Source of the DNA: Desulfurococcales archaeon
GTDB taxonomy: Archaea > Thermoproteota > Thermoprotei_A > Sulfolobales > NBVN01
Assembly: GCA_027064885.1 (NCBI GenBank)
Contig: JAMOOZ010000044.1
Location: 1-59,804, forward strand
DNA length: 59,804 bases
Reading direction: 5' to 3'
Shown one piece after another: positions 47,971-57,691 of the stretch; position 1 is the first letter of the stretch; each line of letters begins with the position of its first letter. The notes below the pieces were generated by a model, which saw only the letters and a program-made list of their open reading frames with translations, made no database searches and was not told the DNA's origin. The position numbers and the translations under genes were made by a program.

Positions 47971-49324
47971 AAAGACCCTCGTATTCCTTTATGAGCGACA
48001 CGCTTGTCTTGGTATCAGCAAAGAGGTGCACTACTTCATTGACATCCTCCACAAGTACCTTTGAATGCCCATTCCTGCCGGCAACTATCGCTGCAGGCCT
48101 GAGAAGCTGCACTGCATACCTTAAGCTCCTCTCAGCACCTATATCAGCAAGCTTCTCAAGTGCCTCACTGCTTAACTCGACTCCTTCCTCGTCAGCTCTT
48201 ATCTCTATTATCTTACGTATCTCGTCCCTCGTATAAGGCCTTACGGGAATCAGTAGTAACCTGTCAAGAAGGTCTAACGGTATGCCGTGAGGCGAGTCTA
48301 TGTCTGTACCCCGGATCTTCGTTATGCCCCTGTTTGTTGCTAGTATAAGTATCGGTGAGAACTCTGACTCCAGCACTCTCGTTAGGAATGCGAATGCTTC
48401 AAGATCCAGTAGGTGTGCGTCATCTATAAAAAGCACGCCAGGCACAATTTCTGCTTTACCTTCCTCAATCCATTTGCGGATCTGATTATTGACGGACTTC
48501 CTCACCTCCTCGTCTATCTCTTTTTCCAGTTCTATGCCAAATAACCCTGTAAGTGATAGCCTTTGGCTGGCGGCATACACGTCTAGGTCGTTTAGAGTGA
48601 ATACCCTCACTATTTCCTTCTCCCGCTTAACAGGGCCACTAGGCATTTCCTCCTCCAGTTTCCATGGTTCAACGTCATAGTACTTGGCCTTCTCAATACC
48701 GCGAACCCTGCCTACCTTGTGGATCATCCCTGTCTCGGCGTCAATCCATATGTGGTCTCCACGCTTCACACGTAATTGAACTAATTGTGCAGTGACTTCC
48801 TCACCAACGTTTAGTGTGAGTTCGTCATGTTTTGTCGCTAGGGTTATTCGTGCTTCACGCGGTACCTTTACGTAGGGGTTAAAGGGATGTCTCGCGTAGG
48901 CTATTTTTATGCTTTTCACTACGCCTTCGTATACTTTCCGGATTTCCTTTATCTTAACACCCATGGCTTTCCGAACAGCTCTCATTAATATTTCAGTTTT
49001 CTTGACCTCAGTAGAATATATTTCACCGCCGCTTAGGGCAACAAAAGGCGTGTCCTCCCCTAACTCCCGGGCTATAGCTACTGCCAAGGCAGTTTTGCCT
49101 GTCCCTGGCGGACCCACGAATAGTATGCCCTTTCCGGTCATTTTGCCTTGCCTTATCATCTCGACAACTATGCCCGCCGCTTTCCTAGCTTCCAGTTGAC
49201 CCACTAGCCCGTCAGCCACAGGTTTCGGGTTACCGCTTTCATCAAGCCCTAACCCACGTATGTGACTGTGTATGCTTATACCGTATTCACTTCGACTTAC
49301 CTTTATCTCCTTTATTTCCGCCAT
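47960..49324 (-). CDS. tip49: TIP49/RuvBL AAA+ ATPase
   Basis: HSHIRGLGL, GLVGQ, GPPGTGKT, PGVLFIDDAH, ATNRG, HGIPLDLLDRL. Confidence 0.96.
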   Translation of the reverse strand: MAEIKEIKVSRSEYGISIHSHIRGLGLDESGNPKPVADGLVGQLEARKAAGIVVEMIRQGKMTGKGILFVGPPGTGKTALAVAIARELGEDTPFVALSGGEIYSTEVKKTEILMRAVRKAMGVKIKEIRKVYEGVVKSIKIAYARHPFNPYVKVPREARITLATKHDELTLNVGEEVTAQLVQLRVKRGDHIWIDAETGMIHKVGRVRGIEKAKYYDVEPWKLEEEMPSGPVKREKEIVRVFTLNDLDVYAASQRLSLTGLFGIELEKEIDEEVRKSVNNQIRKWIEEGKAEIVPGVLFIDDAHLLDLEAFAFLTRVLESEFSPILILATNRGITKIRGTDIDSPHGIPLDLLDRLLLIPVRPYTRDEIRKIIEIRADEEGVELSSEALEKLADIGAERSLRYAVQLLRPAAIVAGRNGHSKVLVEDVNEVVHLFADTKTSVSLIKEYEGLFMK

Positions 49325-49432
49325 CAACATCACCCAAAATTTATGAGATAAAGTCACAAGATTTAATTTTTGCCTAATTAAAACATAGAGAACGCTTAAT
49401 TTTCCTAGGGGTCAAATAACAACGGTGATAGA

Positions 49433-49915
49433 TTGTCGCAGAAGGGTTCTGGAGGAAGCAAGGAACTACGAATAGTAACTAAGCCCGTCGTAACGATAGA
49501 GGTGGTTAAGAAGGACCCTAAGAAATTAAGGATCCTGTACACTATCTATGTTATGAAGGAAATCTCGGAGCGTTCCCTAACGAATCTCATATACATGCTA
49601 AAGAACGAGAAGAACGTCGATATGGGATACGAGTTCATAATGATAGGGAATACTCCCAGCAGCAGAACGCTGGCAGAGGACATCAGGATACTGCTGTACT
49701 TAGGGTTGCTTGAGACAGACCCTGTAACACGTAGGTTAAGATTAACGTCAACAGGTGAAGAGTTCTTAGAGCAGAACAAACTACCTGAGAATGAGGCAGA
49801 ATCCCTAATGAAGGCAGTTGAAGAACTGAAACCTAAGATTGAAGCAGAAGAGACAACCACCGAGCTACTGTTACGGGGCTTAAGGCGTAGGCGGCGCAGG
49901 AGATTTAGGAGATAA
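49433..49915 (+). CDS. Hypothetical protein, probable winged helix, Arg-rich C-terminus
   Basis: Y.F...G.TPSS..L.EDI..L...GLL...RLRLT..G..FL wH-like pattern; ends RRRRRRRFRR. Confidence 0.75.
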   Translation: MSQKGSGGSKELRIVTKPVVTIEVVKKDPKKLRILYTIYVMKEISERSLTNLIYMLKNEKNVDMGYEFIMIGNTPSSRTLAEDIRILLYLGLLETDPVTRRLRLTSTGEEFLEQNKLPENEAESLMKAVEELKPKIEAEETTTELLLRGLRRRRRRRFRR

Positions 49916-50288
49916 TGCTTCTTAGTTCTGCCGGCAGCTTTTCACGATACTTTCTAAGGAATTCCTCTTCCTTTTCCCTAACCTTAGGATGCTTGCGCTT
50001 GCTATCAGGGTACATCAACGGTATGCCGTTAATTATCGGGTACCACCTACCACACTTAGGACAAATTAGAACGCCCGCCACCACGTCATGCTTCACGCAT
50101 TCCTTACAGTCTAGCTCCTCCGGCTTGAGTTCACTCACGCTCTTCCCTCTCCTGCCGCAATAAATGTCACAGAAGGGTACGCTAACCTCGTATTCCTTCT
50201 TGAATATCCTCTCTTCGAACACGTAAAGTTTAAGAGGGAAGTGCTTGCACATAGGGCAAGCAATTAAGTTCATTAACGCGTACCTCAT
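49905..50288 (-). CDS. trm112: Trm112-like methyltransferase activator
   Basis: NLIACPMCKHFPL...GVLICPKCGRWYPIINGIPLM. Confidence 0.92.
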   Translation of the reverse strand: MRYALMNLIACPMCKHFPLKLYVFEERIFKKEYEVSVPFCDIYCGRRGKSVSELKPEELDCKECVKHDVVAGVLICPKCGRWYPIINGIPLMYPDSKRKHPKVREKEEEFLRKYREKLPAELRSIIS

Positions 50289-51658
50289 CCTTCCACTACC
50301 TCCTTTACTATGCTGAGTATATCATTAAGTAATTTCTCTGCTTTATCCTTTGATCTGCACTCAACGAATATCCTTAACACGGGTTCAGTCCCAGAGGGCC
50401 TCACAAGGAACCAGAAGTCCTCGCCGATCCCTTTAACGCCGTCTATGTCTATAATTCTTATGTTGCTATACCTTCTCTTTATTTCCCCAATTATCTCTAC
50501 GGCTTTACTTCTGTCGCTTAGCGGAACCTTAGTCTTAATTAGGTGTGTACTAGGCAACTCTTTAATGACATCACTTAACTTCTTACCCTCGTAGGATAAA
50601 TACTCAAGCATTAAAGCCAGCGTCATTCCCCCGTCCCTCACGTATTGATGGGGCGGGTACATGAAGCCTCCGTTCTCCTCGAACCCTGCCAGAGCACCTA
50701 TTTTCATCATAGTTCTCGCTATACCCACGCTACCAACTTTAGTCCAGTACACCTCAACTCCTAGATCCTTAAGTATATCCTCAACTATAGTTGATGAGGA
50801 AACCGCTGTCACGACTCTTCTAGGCGCATTGTCCCTCCTATTCACCACTATATGCCAGCACAGCAGAGCTGCACTCCTATCCCCGGGGATCACGCGACCT
50901 GTGTCATCGATGAATATTGCTCTGTCCGCGTCGCCATCATGGGCTACCCCGAAGTCAGCTCCGATGGCCCGGACAATTTCTGAAGTAGCGGTCAAGTTCT
51001 CGGGCACGGGTTCAGGGTCCCTATATGGTATTGGTGAGAGGTGCGCATTAACGCTGAGAACCTTGACCCCTAAGCGTCTAAGTATTCTGGGGGTTGTTAA
51101 TGCACCTACATTGTTAGCACAGTCAGCAATGACACGGAATTTCTTTTTCCGAATTCGTTCTGAGTCTACTTTCTTCACTATTCCCTCGACGTAATATTCC
51201 ACGGAATCACTTAATTTGAAGTATTGGTCTTTGAAGGTGTGCCAAGGAATCCTTCTGTACCTACCACTAAAGAAAGCTTCCTCTATACGTTCCTCAACGT
51301 CACGGGGGGCCTCTACTCCATCAGCCATTATCACTTTTATGCCACTATATTGGGGAGGATTGTGCGAGGCAGTAACCATCACACCGCCGTCAAATCCGCG
51401 TTCCTTAACATTGAACTGGAGCGCGGGCGTTGGTAACGCTCCAGCGTAATAGACCTTAAGCCCGGAAGCTATTAATGCTCCAGTCACGACCTTCACTATA
51501 TATTCGTTTCCGGCTCTAGCATCATTCCCCACTAAGACTCTACTACCTGGAGGGAAGTATTCCCCTATTGCTAAGGCTAAACGCAGTATGAAGTCAGGTG
51601 TTAGCGTCTCGTTAACAATTCCCCTCACACCGTCGGTCCCAAACAGTCTGTTATGCAT
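50285..51658 (-). CDS. Phosphohexomutase (PGM/PMM/GlmM family)
   Basis: LFGTDGVRG, TASHNP, DGDADR, FEENGG, VRPSGTEP. Confidence 0.96.
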   Translation of the reverse strand: MHNRLFGTDGVRGIVNETLTPDFILRLALAIGEYFPPGSRVLVGNDARAGNEYIVKVVTGALIASGLKVYYAGALPTPALQFNVKERGFDGGVMVTASHNPPQYSGIKVIMADGVEAPRDVEERIEEAFFSGRYRRIPWHTFKDQYFKLSDSVEYYVEGIVKKVDSERIRKKKFRVIADCANNVGALTTPRILRRLGVKVLSVNAHLSPIPYRDPEPVPENLTATSEIVRAIGADFGVAHDGDADRAIFIDDTGRVIPGDRSAALLCWHIVVNRRDNAPRRVVTAVSSSTIVEDILKDLGVEVYWTKVGSVGIARTMMKIGALAGFEENGGFMYPPHQYVRDGGMTLALMLEYLSYEGKKLSDVIKELPSTHLIKTKVPLSDRSKAVEIIGEIKRRYSNIRIIDIDGVKGIGEDFWFLVRPSGTEPVLRIFVECRSKDKAEKLLNDILSIVKEVVEG

Positions 51659-51730
51659 GATCACCACATCATTATCATCGGGGTCATAAACTAAAAACTG
51701 TTTCACGGCATTTCCTTTAGGGCTTAGGAT

Positions 51731-52804
51731 TTGAGTACCGTCGTGTGGTTGGATGCGCTGACCTCAAAGCAAGGTACTCTGCTCGGATTCATAGCCATGG
51801 AGTTAGAGAAGGCAGGATTCAGTACATTAGTTACCTGTAGGGAATACGAATACACCGTAGGCTCGCTAAAACGCTTAGGGATAAATCCCATCGTTGTGGG
51901 GAGGTACTCCGAGGGAGATCCTTATGACAAGGTTCTAGCAGACACTGAGCGGATATTGAAGCTCATACCTATCGTAAAGGAGAAGCATCCTGCTGCCCTA
52001 GTAGCGTACCCTAATCCCTCAGCTGCTCGGCTTGCCTACGGTGTAGGTATCCCATACGTAGGTATAACGGATTCCCCACATGCAGAGGTACCGAGCCGCT
52101 TATCACTACCACTGGCGTCAGTCATTCTATGCTCTAAAGCCATAAACCCGGGCGATGTAAGAAGATACATGTTTCACAGTAATGTCAAGCTAATTCAGTA
52201 CGAGGCCGTTGATGAGCTCTTTTGGATTCTTCGCAGTAGACCAAGTGTGAGTTACATTAAGTCTCTGAACCTTGATCGTGGAAAATATGTCGTTCTGAGA
52301 CCTCACGAGGAGAAAGCAACATACTATCGAGGACTCAATGTAGAAATAGACCTCATTGAATTAGCGCTAACGTTGAAAAGGGAAGGATATACTATAGTAT
52401 TACTTCCTAGGTACCGTAGCCACCTCAAGCTAATCAGAGAGCTAGGTTCCCTGGGAGTAGAGCCTAGGATTATTCGGGGAGGATACGATGGTGTGAGCCT
52501 TACATATTACGCAGCTGCCGTCATAACAGGCGGTGCATCCATGGCTAGGGAAGCTGCGTTACTCCTAACCCCTGGCTTAACATACTACCCCGGAAGACTA
52601 GCAATAAATGAGTACGTGCGGTCTAAGGGATACCCGTTATTTAACGTTACTACTAACGATGAGGTGTTTGAAATAATAAGTGAGCACACAAAGAGCACTA
52701 AGCCCTCGTATGATGATATAATAAGCAAGCTAACTAAAGACTTTGAAGATCCCATGAAGAAGCTTCTACAAACTATAACGGAGATTACGGGGTATACTAG
52801 ATGA
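51731..52804 (+). CDS. DUF354 family protein (GT-B-like fold)
   Basis: VWLDALTSKQ, DSPHA, LRPHEEKATYY, GGASMAREAALL.TP. Confidence 0.88.
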   Translation: MSTVVWLDALTSKQGTLLGFIAMELEKAGFSTLVTCREYEYTVGSLKRLGINPIVVGRYSEGDPYDKVLADTERILKLIPIVKEKHPAALVAYPNPSAARLAYGVGIPYVGITDSPHAEVPSRLSLPLASVILCSKAINPGDVRRYMFHSNVKLIQYEAVDELFWILRSRPSVSYIKSLNLDRGKYVVLRPHEEKATYYRGLNVEIDLIELALTLKREGYTIVLLPRYRSHLKLIRELGSLGVEPRIIRGGYDGVSLTYYAAAVITGGASMAREAALLLTPGLTYYPGRLAINEYVRSKGYPLFNVTTNDEVFEIISEHTKSTKPSYDDIISKLTKDFEDPMKKLLQTITEITGYTR

Positions 52805-53685
52805 GAGTTTTCATTAATTGCTGGTACCGGAGCATAATGAATCATAGTTTCGTGGAGAGCCTAGCGAAGATTAACGTAGACGGTATTGAATTAAGTATAG
52901 ACTATCCACTACTCTTTACTCAGGAGATACCTGACGCATTCATTGACGCTATACGTAAGGAGGGGCTGGAAGTAGGTTTACACTTGCCGTGGAGAGAGAC
53001 ATTCCTAGCTTCCCCCATTCCAGAGATCAGGAGGTTGTCCGAGAGAATAGTATCAGGTATAGTAACGTCCGTGACCAGTAAGTTAGACCCTCTCTACTTC
53101 GTCGTGCATTTATCCACTAACCAGTCCTGGTGTGGACCTAAGGACCAGCTCTGCCTTGAAGCTGCGAGTAAATCACTGGAGTCTCTCTCACAACTTTCTG
53201 ATGAGTTAGGAATACCATTACTTATTGAGACTGTAATGGACCGGTGTTGCTCTAATGAAGAACACCTACCTCACTTACTTATGCATGCTGACCCCGGAAA
53301 AATAGGTGTGTGCCTCGATATTTCACACATAATTGAGCGTAGGGTTAAGCGATGGAAAACACTTCATAACCCTTTAACCGTAGTTAATGATTTACCTCCA
53401 ATAATGTTAGAACGTACTAAGGCGGTACACATCCACGGTGTTCACGTACTAGGACCCCACGCAGTCCTAACTCATGTTGTTCCTTCCGAGGAATTCCTTA
53501 GAGAACTAATGCAGGCAATACAGTCATACGTTCCTCACGCAAGAGTGGGTGTGTTGGAAATATTTAGGGACATTACGGGGAGAGATATTAACATACGTGA
53601 ACTGAGGTGGGTAGTAAGTTATGTGAGGAGAGGCGACCCGGATGAGAGGAGAAGGTTCAAGAACCGTAGTTCTAGGGATAGATGA
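52801..53685 (+). CDS. Xylose isomerase-like/AP endonuclease 2 TIM-barrel protein
   Basis: GIEL, LHLP, LASP..EIR, VVH, LIET, CLDISH, VHIH..H, LE. Confidence 0.82.
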   Translation: MRVFINCWYRSIMNHSFVESLAKINVDGIELSIDYPLLFTQEIPDAFIDAIRKEGLEVGLHLPWRETFLASPIPEIRRLSERIVSGIVTSVTSKLDPLYFVVHLSTNQSWCGPKDQLCLEAASKSLESLSQLSDELGIPLLIETVMDRCCSNEEHLPHLLMHADPGKIGVCLDISHIIERRVKRWKTLHNPLTVVNDLPPIMLERTKAVHIHGVHVLGPHAVLTHVVPSEEFLRELMQAIQSYVPHARVGVLEIFRDITGRDINIRELRWVVSYVRRGDPDERRRFKNRSSRDR

Positions 53686-54355
53686 GGCTGGGCGAGGCCC
53701 CGTTATAGGAGATATGTTTGTTGCCGGGGTCGCCGTTGATCCCCGCATGCTTCAGAGACTGTGTGAACTTGGGATCAGGGATAGTAAAGAACTCACTCCA
53801 AGTGCAAGGTCTAGACTGGTGATAACCGTCCTGAAGTATGCCGAAGCAGTCATAGTTAAGCGTTTCCCTCCATCGGTTATCGATAAGACAAACATCAACG
53901 TGTTATACGCTAAGTCCGTAATTGATTTAGTAAATAATATTTCACGTATGGGGCTACAAATTAAGAAAATCTACGTTGACGCCGTGACGGGTAGAAAAGC
54001 CCTCGCCATACTTAAGGGAGGAATAAGTAGGGTACCATTTGTACTGGAACCTAAGGCCGATAGGAAATACGTTGTTGTTGGAGCTGCGTCAATAGTGGCT
54101 AAGTTTCTCAGAGACCTTCACGTGTCGAAACTCAAGGAAACTTACGGTGACTTTGGAAGCGGATACCCGGCTGACCCTAGAACCATAGAGTGGCTCGAGA
54201 AACACCTAATCGATATTGATTCTTCAACAGTAGTACCCTCAATTATCAGGCGGTCTTGGGGTACACTAAAAAGATTCGGTATAACGGTTACCAAGAAGAA
54301 GCAGAATCGTAGACTAAGTAGGTGGTTCAAAAACTCTAAGGGTGAAGCGTTGTGA
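53642..54355 (+). CDS. rnhB: Ribonuclease HII
   Basis: GIDEAGRGPV, RDSKEL, KADRKY..VGAASIVAK, GSGYP.DP. Confidence 0.97.
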   Translation: MRGEGSRTVVLGIDEAGRGPVIGDMFVAGVAVDPRMLQRLCELGIRDSKELTPSARSRLVITVLKYAEAVIVKRFPPSVIDKTNINVLYAKSVIDLVNNISRMGLQIKKIYVDAVTGRKALAILKGGISRVPFVLEPKADRKYVVVGAASIVAKFLRDLHVSKLKETYGDFGSGYPADPRTIEWLEKHLIDIDSSTVVPSIIRRSWGTLKRFGITVTKKKQNRRLSRWFKNSKGEAL

Positions 54356-54416
54356 GGTTATTTAATCCATTATATTAAAAGGTACAGAGGCAAAAAAGAA
54401 ATCTTAGGGTGCTGAC

Positions 54417-55613
54417 GTGCCAACTAACTTGCCAGCTGAAGCTAGGGCAAAGTGGGTTAAATACCTAGAGGCTAGAACGCCTGAGGAGAAGCTAAGGGCT
54501 TTGGAGGAGTACTTATCAGCCATACCGAAGCATAAGGGTACAGAGAACCTGAGATCTTGGGTTAGAAGAAAGATCGCTGAATTAAGGGAAGAGATCGAGG
54601 AGCGTAAAGCTAGGAGAGCGGGCACGGGAGCACCGAGCTTTTTCATAGAGAAAGAAGGGGCTGCTCAGGTAGTAATGCTGGGGCTACCTAACTCTGGAAA
54701 GAGTGCGTTGCTTTCCGCTTTGACAAACGCTAAACCGGACGTAAGCGAGGTACCCTTTACAACTAAGTTCCCGGTGCCTGGAATGCTGAAGTTCGAGGAC
54801 ATACAGTTCCAGCTAGTGGAGGCACCAGCGATCATTGAGGGTGCTTCGCGAGGAGCAATTTGGTGGGGATCTAGAGTTCTTGGGTTAGCACGTAATGCAG
54901 ACGCCATAATGTTTGTCGTAGATCTATCTAACAAACCATTGAAGCAACTTAAGGTACTCTGTAAGGAGCTTTCCGAAGCTGGAATATACATAATCAAGCC
55001 TAGGGGTAGGGTTAGGATAGAAAAGACTAAGGCTGCACAAGGAATAAAGGTTATCAGTTATGGAAGGCTAGAGGGCTGCACAGCCGATGACGTCAGAAAG
55101 CTACTAGAGAGCTACAAGATATATAACGCTATAGTGAAGATCTATGGGCACGTGACCCTAGACGACGTTGAGAAAGCTATTTACGAAAGAGTTACGTTCA
55201 AGCCCTCATTGATAGTGCTCACGAAGAAAGACCGTGTGACTCAAGAGTATATAGAGAAAGTGAAGATGCTGATAAGTAGAGTATTGCCTAACGTACCTAC
55301 AGTAATTACTTCAGCGATTAGAGAGGAAGGACTGAACATTATACCCAAGACTATCTTCGATATTGTCGGAATAATTAGGATCTACACGAAAGAGCCTAAC
55401 TCCCCTAAACCTTCGACCGAGCCAATGATACTTAAGGCAGGAGCTACTGTTGAAGATGCTGTGAAACGTATTCGAGAGGAGTTTTTAAGGTACTTCAAGT
55501 ACGCAAGAATCTGGGGTCCCTCCGCTAATTACCCAGGCGAGCGTGTTGGTTTAGATCACGTGCTAAGGGACGGTGACATCATAGAAATAAGGACTAAAAT
55601 CAAAGGTATATGA
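54417..55613 (+). CDS. DRG/OBG-family GTPase with TGS domain
   Basis: PKHKGTE, GLPNSGKS, PFTT, FKYARIWG, ERVGLDHVLRDGDI. Confidence 0.95.
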   Translation: MPTNLPAEARAKWVKYLEARTPEEKLRALEEYLSAIPKHKGTENLRSWVRRKIAELREEIEERKARRAGTGAPSFFIEKEGAAQVVMLGLPNSGKSALLSALTNAKPDVSEVPFTTKFPVPGMLKFEDIQFQLVEAPAIIEGASRGAIWWGSRVLGLARNADAIMFVVDLSNKPLKQLKVLCKELSEAGIYIIKPRGRVRIEKTKAAQGIKVISYGRLEGCTADDVRKLLESYKIYNAIVKIYGHVTLDDVEKAIYERVTFKPSLIVLTKKDRVTQEYIEKVKMLISRVLPNVPTVITSAIREEGLNIIPKTIFDIVGIIRIYTKEPNSPKPSTEPMILKAGATVEDAVKRIREEFLRYFKYARIWGPSANYPGERVGLDHVLRDGDIIEIRTKIKGI

Positions 55614-55667
55614 GGTTCCATTACATGGTCGACTTAATCAATTGTATGTGCGGTGAGGCTTAAACTC

Positions 55668-56465
55668 ATGGTGAAGAAAAGAAAAAAGAAGAATAACAAG
55701 AATGCTCAGGCTAAGGCAAAGAAAGCCCGGAGAAAGAAAAGACGTGAAGTAAACATAGAGGCATGGATAGATAAGTACATAATGGATTTTGTAAGCCTAA
55801 CGGGTCTAGACATCTTAGGACTAAGTGAAAAACAATACAAGGAACTTCTTTCAGATATAATAATAGAACTATACGGTTCACTTGCGTCATATAGCAACGT
55901 TAAGGTCGTAGCTAAGAGGTACCTAAGGGCCCGCGATAAAATTAATGAGGTGATCGCCGCTAGGTTAGCGTTTATGGTGGACGAGCTGTCACCAGAGCAA
56001 CTAGAGTTCATAGTTTTCAATATAGGTGTGAATACCGCATTAAGCGTTATACCACGCATTTACGGATTTCTGAAAAAACTTAAAAGAAACGATCTGCTTG
56101 ACGTACTACGTGTTAAGTGGAGAAATTCCTGGCTTAAGAAAAAATACGTTGTCCTACCACCGCAGTGCCCGTGTTGCGGTTTCAATTCGTTAATGCGTGA
56201 TTTAAATTGCTTAGTATGCGGAGCGCTAGTTAGCGAGAAAGACATAGTAAGCAGTAAGGATTTCAAAACGAAATTTGTTGAGTTAGTAAAGACACTTGAT
56301 TGCGAAGAGCTAAAGAAAATGTTGAAGCATGACATCGTCTTATACAACGATAGCGAGGTCAAGTTATCAACTCAAGGAAGGTTGCCTGTTGACGTTGAAG
56401 TCTACATACCTCAAAGTTTGAAGAACATAATAAGGTCGGAAATGAAGGAAAGATGTGAGGGGTAA
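55668..56465 (+). CDS. Hypothetical protein with Lys-rich N-terminus and Zn ribbon
   Basis: KKRKKK...RRKKRR N-terminus; CPCCGFNSL...CLVCG. Confidence 0.78.
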   Translation: MVKKRKKKNNKNAQAKAKKARRKKRREVNIEAWIDKYIMDFVSLTGLDILGLSEKQYKELLSDIIIELYGSLASYSNVKVVAKRYLRARDKINEVIAARLAFMVDELSPEQLEFIVFNIGVNTALSVIPRIYGFLKKLKRNDLLDVLRVKWRNSWLKKKYVVLPPQCPCCGFNSLMRDLNCLVCGALVSEKDIVSSKDFKTKFVELVKTLDCEELKKMLKHDIVLYNDSEVKLSTQGRLPVDVEVYIPQSLKNIIRSEMKERCEG

Positions 56466-56467
56466 AG

Positions 56468-56800
56468 TTGCCGTTAGTGCTTAGGGACATTAACGACGCT
56501 AAGAAGGAAGTGTATTCCAGGAAGACAATATTTCTTGCCCTAGCAGACCTAGATACAGAGAAGGGAAGACAGATATTGCATTTACTTAATAGATTGGAGA
56601 CTGCTTTTAGAAATTACATGAGCTTCGCTATACTACATGTCGAGGGATGTGAACCCTCAGTATCATTATTTCTTGAAGGGCGAGAAATACTACGGCAGGA
56701 TTCATTCTTCGGAAATACGGAGAAAGATTATAATGCGCTTAGGATGAGCTTATGGAGTATACTAAAGGATTACAACCTCGATAGAGAAAAGTTGCACTGA
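56468..56800 (+). CDS. Hypothetical protein, possible redox-inactive thioredoxin-like fold
   Basis: Coupled to previous ORF; PSVSLFLEGREI resembles the Trx P..F..G motif; no CxxC. Confidence 0.6.
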   Translation: MPLVLRDINDAKKEVYSRKTIFLALADLDTEKGRQILHLLNRLETAFRNYMSFAILHVEGCEPSVSLFLEGREILRQDSFFGNTEKDYNALRMSLWSILKDYNLDREKLH

Positions 56801-56805
56801 ATGCA

Positions 56806-57201
56806 TTACTTGCTATCAAGTAGCCATTTAGCAATATCTAATATATATTGAGAAGGTACACGGTCATTAATTACTGGTACGCCCTCGAGAGTAAGGAGCT
56901 TTCTCTTCATGTTATCTGCACGCTTACCATATAGTGTGTAACCACCAATACGACCGTCGGACCTCACCACCCTATGACACGGATAAATTATTGGTTTCCT
57001 ATTTCTCCTTAATATGTGTGCGATTACTCTAGGATGGATGTTAAGTAGCTGCGCAACGCTTGAATAGGTCGTTACACTACCTATGGGCACGAGCTGTATC
57101 AGAGTCAATGCTAGTTCTTCTGCAATGTCTTTGCTAAAGCGGCATTCACGCAACGATGCACCGTCGTATGTAATACATGAAACACCCTGACTTTTCATCA
57201 T
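56806..57201 (-). CDS. ogt: Methylated-DNA--protein-cysteine methyltransferase (compact MGMT/Ogt)
   Basis: VPIGSVTTY, PIIYPCHRVV active site, GGY, K.LL.LEG. Confidence 0.92.
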   Translation of the reverse strand: MMKSQGVSCITYDGASLRECRFSKDIAEELALTLIQLVPIGSVTTYSSVAQLLNIHPRVIAHILRRNRKPIIYPCHRVVRSDGRIGGYTLYGKRADNMKRKLLTLEGVPVINDRVPSQYILDIAKWLLDSK

Positions 57202-57314
57202 TTACCCTCTAGTATCGAAGTAACATCCCTTAAAGCTAAGTTTTAACTTCAATTAAGAGAATTAAAAATAGGGAGGTATTTTATACTGTCTATGACTTAC
57301 AGCGCTCTGTAGGG

Positions 57315-57530
57315 TTAAGCTCCTTCAAATGCTTTCTTTGCCTTGATGGTTATGACACCGCGTTCCTCATCGCGTTCAACAATGAATTCCGTTCCCCATT
57401 TCTCTACCATGTTTTTAGGTAGATACAGATTTAACGGTAACGTGAAGTATTCGTATGTATACACCTTCCCCTTCACAACCTTCTTGCCTATTACTTTTCT
57501 TGCTGTTGCTGTTCTTCTCATGATAGACAT
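57315..57530 (-). CDS. Small basic beta-rich protein, possibly DNA-binding (AbrB-like swapped hairpin)
   Basis: KKVVKGKVYTYEYFTLPLNLYLPK..VEKWG.EF.VE.DE..G.ITI; GGTGA SD before ATG 57530. Confidence 0.72.
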   Translation of the reverse strand: MSIMRRTATARKVIGKKVVKGKVYTYEYFTLPLNLYLPKNMVEKWGTEFIVERDEERGVITIKAKKAFEGA

Positions 57531-57691
57531 AACACTCACCGAGTAAGTGTTTACGCATGCCATTTATTAAGACTACATTACATGAATGTGAAAATAGGGT
57601 TTAAAAATGTAGTGCAACTATGAACACCACTTAATCTATAACGAAAACAAATAAGGGAACCTTATAGAAGTTTCATTATAGATTCTAGTGT

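Noticed and set aside
57150..57205. ATGATGA box C-like motif on the minus strand followed by AAAGTCAGGG
   Set aside because: No D', C' or D boxes at suitable spacing; it coincides with the Met-Met start of the MGMT gene
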